64,000 bases of DNA from Candidatus Saccharimonadales bacterium (GTDB lineage Bacteria; Patescibacteriota; Saccharimonadia; Saccharimonadales; JAGPDM01). The stretch spans positions 6,216-70,215 of the forward strand of contig JBGAVT010000001.1 of assembly GCA_044227985.1 (NCBI GenBank), in the 5' to 3' direction. Below are positions 56,456-64,000 of the stretch, piece after piece. Position 1 is the stretch's first letter. Every line of letters begins with the position of its first letter. The notes beneath the pieces were generated by a model. The model was not told the DNA's origin. It made no database searches and worked only from the letters and a program-made list of their open reading frames with translations. The position numbers and the translations under genes were made by a program.

Positions 56456-59400
56456 TTATCCGTTTAGCAATGCGCTCTGCAATCGTCGTCGGCTGATAAC
56501 CCAGCGTCGGATACTTGCACCGACGGCTGCGATCACGCTACCGAGTCCGAGCATTCCAGCACCTGTTTTTGGCAGAATGCTTGGGCCAACGATTCCTGGT
56601 GTTGAACCTGGAGTCTCTGGACCTGGAGTTACTGGAGCTTTGACAATCTTGACTTGAGCTTCGTCGCAGTCGTAACGATCAGCATTCATTGCGCCGCCTT
56701 TACAGACTTTGGCACACTCTTCGCGACTTGACTCAGGTACGTAACCTTCGTCATTGTCAGCTGCACAGACATAGTTAGTAACAACTTTGCCTTCGCCGTC
56801 AGCAGTAGCTTTCGCGTTAAACTCGATGTAAACGCTCTGACCTTTACCAATTGACTTGATAACATTCTTAAGGTTTGAACCTTGAGCAGCTACTAGTTCA
56901 GCTGGTAGGTAGTCACGAACTGATACGTTTTCAAGTGTCATGTTTCCAGTGTTAGTAAATCGGATGATAAATCGTACGTTACTTCCACTTTGAACTTCGA
57001 CAAGCTCTAGAGCTTTATTGAAACCGTTGGCACCAGTCGCGTTCAAGTCAGTTGTAACTTTCTTTTCAACGTCGAGCATTGGTTTTTTGTTAACTTCTAC
57101 TTCTGCAGTGTCGCAGTCTTCGAGGTCAATTTTACCATCGTCGTTGGTGTCGTCAGTTACACAGACTTTGTTAATACCTGAGTTCATTGCTTTCGCATTG
57201 ATCTCGAAGTAAACGCTCATGCCTGGCTTAAGTTCTTTGATGACCGCTTCAGTTGGATCACCTGAGACATACTCGATGCCTTTAGGTAGGTAATCTTTAA
57301 CCTTGACGTTTGTTAAGGTAACGTCACCAGTGTTAGTGACTTTGTAGATGTAGCGAACGGTGTCGTTCGGGCTGACTACTGCTTTTTCAGAAGCTTTGTC
57401 GTAACCATCTTTACCGATAGCTTTCAGGTCAGTTGTAACCCGCTTCTCAACATTGAGTTTTGGATTAGCTGTAACCGTTACGGTTGCAGTATCACAATCA
57501 TCAGCATTGGTAGGCTCGTTTGGATTAACTTCCTTAGCGTTTACACAAGCTGTATTAACGAGGTTACCAGCTTGGTAAGCAACTACTTTAGCTTTGAGGT
57601 TGATGCTGATACTCTGACCAACTTTAAGCTCAGGGATGATGTAGCTAAGGTTTCGCTTAGCGGCATCGATTGAGCCTTTGTCAGTGCTGATGAGTGTTAC
57701 TCCAGCTGGAGCTGCATCTCGTACGGATACGTTCTTAAGATCGACTTCGCCAGTATTCTTAACGACAAGTTGGTATGTAAACTCAGCGCCTACTTTAACT
57801 TCCTTGTTTTCTACGCCATCGACTTTTTTGTCGATTGAGACGTTAGGTTTCTTGATGTCTATAACAACATCATCACACTCGTCTTCAGGTGTTTCCACTG
57901 CGTCAACACAAGCTGTGTTCTTAACGCTGCCAGTTGCACCGGCAACTTTTGCCTTGATCGAAATTTCTACGGTCTGGCCAACTTTGATGTTAGCGATAGT
58001 AGCGTTGTAGCTCTTGCCATCGGCAGATACGCTACCTTTATCAGCTGAGAGGAACTTTATGCCTGTTGGGGCCTTGTCAGTTACCTTCGCATTTGTCAGG
58101 TCAACATCACCAGTATTTTTGACTTTGAGCTTGTAAACAAACTCTTGGCCTTCAACACCATCAGTGATGCTTGAGGTTTTCTCAATATCAATCTTTGGAT
58201 TTTGCTTAGTAACGGTAACGATTGCATCGTCGCAGTCATCAGCTTCGTTAGGCTTAGTTGGGTTGACTTCAGGAGCATTGACACAAGCAATGTTCTTAAG
58301 CTCACCAGCCACGTAGGTTTTAACGATACCAGTTAGTTTGAATGTCTTGCTCTCACCAATTTTTAGTGACGGAATCGTGTATTCCCAGTCAGCGCCTTCA
58401 ATTGTTGCAGGGTTACGGATTGTGCCGAAGTCAGCTTTAGTAAGTGTTACACCTGCAGGTGCAGAGTCAGCAACCTTTACATTCTTGAGATCTACATCAC
58501 CAGTGTTTTTGACAACTAACTGGTAAGTGAACTCTTGCCCAACTTTGACTTCTTTCTTTTCTACGTTGTCGACTTTTTTATCGATTTTAACGTTTGGAGT
58601 CTGTACTTTGACAGTTACAACTGCATCGTCGCAAGCGTCAACTGCGTCAGGCTTGGTTGGGTTAACTTCTTTTGCATTTACGCAAGCGATGTTAACAAGG
58701 TTACCTGCTTTATAGGCTTTAACCACACCGACTAAGTTGAAAGTCATGCTTTGACCTTTTTTCAGTTCAGGAATTGTGTAGTTCCAAGTAGTTGGAGTTT
58801 TGATAGTACCTTTGTCGGCACTCTTCAATGTAACACCAGCTGGAGCCGTATCACCGACAACAACGTTCTTTAGATCGATGTCGCCTGTGTTCGTTACTTT
58901 AACTTGGTAGGTAAAGTTCTGACCGACTTTGACTTCTTTCTTTTCTACGTTGTCGACTTTTTTGTCGATAGTAACGGCTGGAGTAGGAATTTTAACTTCC
59001 GCACCGACGTAACATACTTTGTTACCAGCAGTTGTCTGAACGGTTACTTTGACTGCATATTTGAATGACTTAGCATATGTGTGTTCAACAGTGTTAGTTA
59101 AAGAACTTGTGTTAACGGTTTGACCTTTGTCGTCACCGAAGTCATAGACGTAACCTGTAACTTTGGCGCCGTTTTCAACAGCAGCCTTTGTAGTGAACTT
59201 AAACTTGTTGTAGCTTAGCTTTGTTGCGGTTAAGCTTTCGCAAGTAGCGCTAGGTGTTGGGATAGAAACATCAACTCCTACATTACAGACCTTGTCTCCA
59301 ACAGTTGTCTTGACTATTACGCTAACCGCATATTTAAATGATTTTGCGTAGTTGTGATCAACTGTGTTTGTCAAAGAATTTGTGTTTACTGTCTTAGTTT

Positions 59401-60481
59401 GGTTGTCTCCAAAGTTATATACATAACCTGTGACCTTGGCACCGTTAGCAACAGAAGCTTTGGTATTAAATCGGAAACTAGTTGTTGAGAGTTTAGTTGC
59501 GGTGAGGCTTTCGCACTTAGCACTAGGCGTTTGTACTGGCGGAGGAGTAACTGGTGTCACAGTAGCTGTGTCACATTTGTAGCCTGGAATTTCTTTGGCT
59601 ACAGTACAAGCGGTGTTAATAACCTTTGTCTTAGCGCTAAATCTTGCTCTAACGTCGATCTTTAGTTCATCACCAGGTTTAAGAGAGTACCATGCTGCAC
59701 CAGTATTATCTGTGCTGCCCCTGGTTACTACTCCACCACTTTTCTTCTGCCAGCTTCCGCTAACATAGGTTAGACCATTTGGTAGCTTGTCAGAAAGTGC
59801 ACCGTTCAATGTAACCTGACCATTATTAGTAGTCATAGATACGAATCGAACCACTTCACCTGACTTAGCTGAAACGTTTTCTTGTCCATTCCAAAAAGCA
59901 GCATCTGTTGTTGGACCAAGATCTTTTACTACCTTCTTTGAAATCGTGTAGCTTGGTACCTTTGGTGTCTCAGGACTAGTTGGGTGTGCCTTAATTGGAT
60001 TACCGCAAGATTTTACGATTGCCCATTTAAATTGACCATTAACAACCTTAACAAATGCAGGTAGTCTATCAGCTGCAAATGAATCATTGGTTGTACGGAC
60101 AAAAAAGGTTGTACCGTCAATCGTCTTTTGGGTAGAATTACCAATTGACTGTCGACCCATGCTCCATGCACCGGTCGCTACAACTTTATTGTCGACAACA
60201 ACAGTACCGTCTTTGTAGACCATGCCGTTGACAACGCCAGCGCTATCATTTGGATTGATACCGTAGTAATTAAACATGGTTTTAACACCACCACTATTAT
60301 TATTGTAAGCACCTTGAGCTTCGCCCAAACTACTTATACCACACGTGATTACTGAGTTTTCACTACAGTCACCAGCCTTAGCATTACTGATTGGGACCAG
60401 TATTGCCAGGAAAAGCATTAAAAGCCCTGAAGCCATCAGAACTTGCTTGTTTCCTAAAAAATGTTTGATGTAGGTTAACAT
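56456..60481 (-). CDS. Very large cell-wall-anchored surface protein (signal peptide, tandem Ig-like/DUF11-type repeat domains, C-terminal LPXTG sortase signal)
   Basis: ATG at 60481 with GGAGGTG RBS gives signal peptide MLTYIKHFLGNKQVLMASGLLMLFLAILVPISNAKA. Two roughly 100-aa repeats (…CESLTATKLS…VTGYVY(N/D)FGD…). At least five repeats of (I)DKKVDNVEKKEVKVGQxFTYQ…KNTGDVDLKN (DUF11-like). C-terminus LPKTG + hydrophobic helix + RRWVISRRRL. Confidence 0.8.
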   Translation of the reverse strand: MLTYIKHFLGNKQVLMASGLLMLFLAILVPISNAKAGDCSENSVITCGISSLGEAQGAYNNNSGGVKTMFNYYGINPNDSAGVVNGMVYKDGTVVVDNKVVATGAWSMGRQSIGNSTQKTIDGTTFFVRTTNDSFAADRLPAFVKVVNGQFKWAIVKSCGNPIKAHPTSPETPKVPSYTISKKVVKDLGPTTDAAFWNGQENVSAKSGEVVRFVSMTTNNGQVTLNGALSDKLPNGLTYVSGSWQKKSGGVVTRGSTDNTGAAWYSLKPGDELKIDVRARFSAKTKVINTACTVAKEIPGYKCDTATVTPVTPPPVQTPSAKCESLTATKLSTTSFRFNTKASVANGAKVTGYVYNFGDNQTKTVNTNSLTNTVDHNYAKSFKYAVSVIVKTTVGDKVCNVGVDVSIPTPSATCESLTATKLSYNKFKFTTKAAVENGAKVTGYVYDFGDDKGQTVNTSSLTNTVEHTYAKSFKYAVKVTVQTTAGNKVCYVGAEVKIPTPAVTIDKKVDNVEKKEVKVGQNFTYQVKVTNTGDIDLKNVVVGDTAPAGVTLKSADKGTIKTPTTWNYTIPELKKGQSMTFNLVGVVKAYKAGNLVNIACVNAKEVNPTKPDAVDACDDAVVTVKVQTPNVKIDKKVDNVEKKEVKVGQEFTYQLVVKNTGDVDLKNVKVADSAPAGVTLTKADFGTIRNPATIEGADWEYTIPSLKIGESKTFKLTGIVKTYVAGELKNIACVNAPEVNPTKPNEADDCDDAIVTVTKQNPKIDIEKTSSITDGVEGQEFVYKLKVKNTGDVDLTNAKVTDKAPTGIKFLSADKGSVSADGKSYNATIANIKVGQTVEISIKAKVAGATGSVKNTACVDAVETPEDECDDVVIDIKKPNVSIDKKVDGVENKEVKVGAEFTYQLVVKNTGEVDLKNVSVRDAAPAGVTLISTDKGSIDAAKRNLSYIIPELKVGQSISINLKAKVVAYQAGNLVNTACVNAKEVNPNEPTNADDCDTATVTVTANPKLNVEKRVTTDLKAIGKDGYDKASEKAVVSPNDTVRYIYKVTNTGDVTLTNVKVKDYLPKGIEYVSGDPTEAVIKELKPGMSVYFEINAKAMNSGINKVCVTDDTNDDGKIDLEDCDTAEVEVNKKPMLDVEKKVTTDLNATGANGFNKALELVEVQSGSNVRFIIRFTNTGNMTLENVSVRDYLPAELVAAQGSNLKNVIKSIGKGQSVYIEFNAKATADGEGKVVTNYVCAADNDEGYVPESSREECAKVCKGGAMNADRYDCDEAQVKIVKAPVTPGPETPGSTPGIVGPSILPKTGAGMLGLGSVIAAVGASIRRWVISRRRLQSALLNG

Positions 60482-60700
60482 ACCTAGCACCTCCTCTTAA
60501 TTAAATGTTACTCCACCCGCACGCAGCCTCACGCTGTTATGTACGAATTCGCTAGCTATGATATAACGGTCTTGTAAAATTGTCAAGCATTATTTCATTA
60601 AAGTGCGTTTTATACAAAATACTGTTTGTTTTTATAATTACCATTAAAGGCTTGTCAGGACACCTTTGCAAGCATAAACGTCATTAATCTGTTGTTATAT

Positions 60701-62020
60701 TTAATAACAACATTTTTTAATCAGCGAGAACAAGGACTGATTGTGTGACATTGGCATGTTAAGATCGAAGTCGTCGGCTTTCGGAACATCGAACGGTAAA
60801 TGATATTCTGCATCCGGGAATTGGTCTTGTGCTTGATTATATGCCCAACGTAACTCTTCAACCTCACCTACACACTCTAGAGGCTTTGCGATATCATCTA
60901 CGCCAAGTAAGCCTTTATACGTATCTAGTAATTCTGGTTTTTGGAATAGATTACCACCTAGCATATGTTCTAATTGTTCTGGTTTGAGGAATGGAGCAAA
61001 TAGTAAAAATGCATTGGCACATTTCGGGCATTCGCCGCACCATCGGAGTTTTTTATTATCAACTCCCTGCTTGTAGTTAGCGACATTGCACGAAGAGAAC
61101 TTTTGGCCATATTCCACGAAAGCGTGATTGACGAATAACTCGGCAATCTTCACTTCATGAAACGGTCGCAATGGCGAACCGTATTCTATGCCTGCTGAAA
61201 CATAATTAGAAATATAATGCTGCATCAACTGTTCAGCTGGAAGTGTCTTTGACCACTGATGTTGGACTGCAATATTACCAATATACCCGCTCGGTTCAAC
61301 ACCCTCGTTGCCAATCGCCAACAAAACACGATTTAAATTACTAGCTACCATTTGCAAGAGCGCATGAGAACTAACTATGTATGTCACTGGAACGTGGCCA
61401 TTCAAACCACCGAGTTTAATGGCTTGCTTAAGATTTACAATATCCAATGTTCTTTTAGAGTGGACTATGGGTTTATCAAAACTGTCTAGGACTTTTGGAT
61501 GTGTATTCGTTGTAGATTCATACCAGGGCTGAAATTCCTGTTGACAGTCTTTTAATAATGTAGCTAGCAATAAAGAATCTTTACCGCCGCTTTGAAGTAC
61601 AAGGTTTCCAGCACCCTGATATTTAATTGTCGAGTCGTTTATTAATCCACCAAATTCAAACGAGATTCTTCCTTCAGGATTTAGTTGGTTCTCGAACCAA
61701 AACTGACTCATTCCATCAGTAAAAACTGTCGTTAAAAATTCAGATTGCCATTTATCAGGAATAGCTTTACTAAATTCAAAATTACTCGTTGGGAAAGCTT
61801 TGTAATAAGACGTTGCCGTTACGTAAAATGCTAAAATCAGAGCCTTTTGGAAAATGGGATTTGTTAGAAGCTCTTCTGGGTTTTCAGTTTCTATAGAAAC
61901 TGTCTCGCGAAAGCTAAGCGCAGGATTCGTATGTTTGTAGTTGAACCACGCTAGCTTCGCATTTGGATCGAAGCCATAGTCATCGAAAATGAAGGTATTA
62001 TCCTGATTAAAGGCATTCAT
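60701..62020 (-). CDS. PP-loop ATP-pyrophosphatase superfamily protein (QueC / N-acetyl-sugar-amidotransferase-like) with C-terminal Cys4 zinc motif; function unknown, translationally coupled to murD
   Basis: SGGKDS PP-loop at about residue 145 (NLVLQSGGKDSLLLATLL); C-terminal C-x16-CGECPKC resembles the QueC-type CGxCxxC zinc site. 4-nt ATGA overlap with murD. Confidence 0.55.
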   Translation of the reverse strand: MNAFNQDNTFIFDDYGFDPNAKLAWFNYKHTNPALSFRETVSIETENPEELLTNPIFQKALILAFYVTATSYYKAFPTSNFEFSKAIPDKWQSEFLTTVFTDGMSQFWFENQLNPEGRISFEFGGLINDSTIKYQGAGNLVLQSGGKDSLLLATLLKDCQQEFQPWYESTTNTHPKVLDSFDKPIVHSKRTLDIVNLKQAIKLGGLNGHVPVTYIVSSHALLQMVASNLNRVLLAIGNEGVEPSGYIGNIAVQHQWSKTLPAEQLMQHYISNYVSAGIEYGSPLRPFHEVKIAELFVNHAFVEYGQKFSSCNVANYKQGVDNKKLRWCGECPKCANAFLLFAPFLKPEQLEHMLGGNLFQKPELLDTYKGLLGVDDIAKPLECVGEVEELRWAYNQAQDQFPDAEYHLPFDVPKADDFDLNMPMSHNQSLFSLIKKCCY

Positions 62021-63318
62021 AATTCTGCTACCAGTCGCTTAAATTCATTTCCTCGGTCAGTGAAATCAGAAAACATATCAGTACTGGGACTACCAGGACT
62101 AAATAACACCACATCGCCAGCTTCTGCTAGTTCTTTAGCTAACTTAAAAATGTCGTTAAATGAATCAGTTTTAGCTATGTAAGCTTCAACATTTAATCGA
62201 TTAAGCGAACTGCCCCATTTCTTAGCATTTGCGCCGTACGTGATTACCGTCTTTAGCTGTGTCATAGCAGACAATTGTGCGGATACTTCTTTGTAATCCT
62301 GACTACGTTCAGCACCACCAAGCAGTAGAACAACTGGAGATTTTAGGCTCGAAACTGCTGCAATGGTCGCACTCGGGTTTGATGAATAGCTATCATTAAC
62401 ATATGATATTCCATTTTTATTCGGCAATAACTCCATCCGATGTTCGAGTGGACTAAAATGTTCAAGAGTCGTTTCGATGATACTTTTGTCTTGGATTATT
62501 GGCCAGACAACTGAAAGAGCGGCACAAATATTCTCAGCATTATGATCACCAAGAAGCTGAACTTTATTCCGTTCAATAATCTTTTTCTGTCGGTAATATA
62601 TTGCCGTAGTATTGTAGTGACTGGTTTTTGGCTGGTTGTATGATTCAACACATCCGGCATTGGAATCTATTGTGAGTTGCTTGCTGACTTCACTTTGAGC
62701 ATTAAAAACTAACCGATCATCCAAAGTTTGAAACTTAGTAACCCTTGCTTTTGCTTGATGATAGTCCTCTAGTGAGTGATGAATATCGAGGTGATCTTGG
62801 CTGATCATTCCGATAACTGCAGTTTGCGGACTCATGGTCACGTCCCAGAGCTGAAAACTGCTCATTTCATAGACAACAATTTTTTTATTTGCATCTGAGC
62901 TATTAATTTCATCAAGCACATTCAGTGCTGGTTGACCTATATTTCCCACCAACCAAACCTGATATCCATCTGCTCGTAATATTGCAGTTATAAGGCTACA
63001 GATAGTACCTTTTCCTTTAGTGGCCGTTACACCAATAATAGGAACTTTACATTCTTCTAAGAAAAATTGCGTTTGGCTGGTTGTCCTATCTGCCGGCAGA
63101 AGATTGGGGTCAACGGATGGCGAACGCCACGCTAGATCAAAAGAATCAATTTCTTCTAGCCAATCATCACCTATATGGCTATCTAGTTCTCGATTATTAA
63201 CAGATTTTCTATCTAGAATTACCGGCTTGATACCATGTTGCAGTAGATATTGTGCTGTAGATTTACCCTCAACTCCATAACCAACTACGGCGTGCCTCTG
63301 GTGTTCGTGTAACGTCAT
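62017..63318 (-). CDS. murD: UDP-N-acetylmuramoyl-L-alanine--glutamate ligase (MurD-type; could be a MurD2-like L-Glu ligase)
   Basis: Mur-ligase motifs in MurD arrangement: GVTATKGKGT, LLGDHNAENICAA, VNDSYSSNPSAT, LLLGGAERSQDY, VLFSPGSPSTDMFSDFTDRGNEFKRLV. Confidence 0.8.
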   Translation of the reverse strand: MTLHEHQRHAVVGYGVEGKSTAQYLLQHGIKPVILDRKSVNNRELDSHIGDDWLEEIDSFDLAWRSPSVDPNLLPADRTTSQTQFFLEECKVPIIGVTATKGKGTICSLITAILRADGYQVWLVGNIGQPALNVLDEINSSDANKKIVVYEMSSFQLWDVTMSPQTAVIGMISQDHLDIHHSLEDYHQAKARVTKFQTLDDRLVFNAQSEVSKQLTIDSNAGCVESYNQPKTSHYNTTAIYYRQKKIIERNKVQLLGDHNAENICAALSVVWPIIQDKSIIETTLEHFSPLEHRMELLPNKNGISYVNDSYSSNPSATIAAVSSLKSPVVLLLGGAERSQDYKEVSAQLSAMTQLKTVITYGANAKKWGSSLNRLNVEAYIAKTDSFNDIFKLAKELAEAGDVVLFSPGSPSTDMFSDFTDRGNEFKRLVAEL

Positions 63319-63508
63319 AAAACTAGTATAGCAAAGCTAAAGGGGTCAATAGTTTCAAGTTTCAGTATGCCTTGGGTTGGTAAATTCGAGTCTTAATATT
63401 TTCCTTACTATGACAAATTACAATCTTTTAAGTGTTGGATTCAAAGGGTAAATATTGCTGTTTATATTAAGTTAATGGTTAGATTGATTTATGAAAATTT
63501 AAGAAACA

Positions 63509-64000
63509 TTATTTGTTGTTTCGAGAATGCCTATCTGAACTATTCATCGGTGTAGTGATACCCTTTGCACGCTTTAAAGCCACCTCACGCATATCATTGT
63601 AACGGTCGAACTCATCGACGATCTCCCTGCCTAAAATCTCTTCAACCACATCCTCCATGGTAATAACACCGACCATTTCCTTGAATTCATTAACCACAAT
63701 GTACATATGATTTTTAGTTTTCATAAACGCGTTCAAGACATGATCGAGTTTTTCGAGTTCATTCACAAAATAAACGTCGCCCTCAGCTGCTTCGCCAGCA
63801 CGGATTTTGTCACGAACATTATGCATATCACGCCAGAATAAGATGCCAACGACATGATCAAAATCTACAGAGTAAACCGGAAAACGACTGTGGCCACTAT
63901 CGTGTAGTTCATTTAATAACTCAGGACTAAGGACTGCACCTTCTTCAACTGCAACGACGACACTACGCGGGGTCATAACTTCTTCGATAGTACGATCACC
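63509..64000 (-). CDS. CorC/TlyC-type (CNNM family) CBS-pair plus transporter-associated domain protein, C-terminal part; gene continues past the window end
   Basis: …IEEVMTPRSVVVAVEEGA… (CBS pair) and C-terminal CorC_HlyC-like domain (…MVGVITMEDVVEEILGREIVDEFD…). The ORF is open to the window edge. Confidence 0.65.
   Translation of the reverse strand, partial: GDRTIEEVMTPRSVVVAVEEGAVLSPELLNELHDSGHSRFPVYSVDFDHVVGILFWRDMHNVRDKIRAGEAAEGDVYFVNELEKLDHVLNAFMKTKNHMYIVVNEFKEMVGVITMEDVVEEILGREIVDEFDRYNDMREVALKRAKGITTPMNSSDRHSRNNK

Noticed and set aside
60690-60711. Palindrome TTGTTATAT-T-TAATAACAA overlapping the stop codon of the PP-loop gene
   Set aside because: It has an imperfect, AT-only stem and no flanking U-tract. 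The real terminator for this transcription unit is more plausibly the hairpin at 56384-56412, after the downstream LPXTG gene.

Overview
This is a gene-dense (about 90% coding), low-GC bacterial chromosomal segment. Genes overlap tightly by 4 nt (ATGA-type), several starts are TTG or GTG, and the standard genetic code is used (TGA is a stop, RF2 is present). One large LPXTG sortase-type surface protein and separate MscL and MscS channels indicate a monoderm, small-genome organism. A Patescibacteria or Saccharibacteria-like bacterium is a reasonable guess, but the lineage cannot be decided from this sequence alone. The window carries the following, in order:

- **Start of window:** a partial histidine-phosphatase gene, an Lpd-like flavoprotein disulfide reductase, smpB, and an initiator-type tRNA-Met with its terminator.
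- **Near the tRNA:** a small AT-flanked island holding one gene with no recognisable relatives.
- **Hydrolase and transporter module:** a membrane-anchored SGNH/GDSL hydrolase, a two-gene MacB/FtsX-type ABC transporter, and a tandem-repeat secreted protein.
- **Redox island:** a GlcD-like FAD oxidase translationally coupled to NDH-2, a DoxX protein, a Crp/Fnr regulator, a ferric-reductase/NOX-type flavocytochrome, and a cytochrome b5.
- **Central metabolism and translation:** enolase convergent with an archaeal-type PEP carboxylase, a second CAT-anticodon tRNA, Dus, guaA, Nudix, guaB, trmB, tsaC, folP, folK, mscL, an MscS channel, aspS and prfB.
- **Aromatic amino-acid operon:** a complete 11-gene minus-strand operon, aroG-aroB-aroA-aroK-aroE-aroD-aroC, then chorismate mutase, a class-IV aminotransferase, tyrA and a MutY-like glycosylase.
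- **Aro operon leader:** the operon is preceded by what looks like a ribosome-mediated attenuator. An 18-codon leader ORF (MINNSANFFSFYWYATAD) sits immediately upstream of an intrinsic terminator that ends 18 nt before the aroG start codon.
- **Other strong candidates:** a murD gene translationally coupled to a PP-loop (SGGKDS) ATP-pyrophosphatase with a QueC-like CGxCxxC zinc motif, which may be a MurD2/MurL-like or PG-amidation module. Two tandem paralogous small membrane proteins are co-operonic with folK. A 500-bp ORF-free structured region lies downstream of guaB.

No rRNA genes, CRISPR arrays, integrases or transposases were seen.
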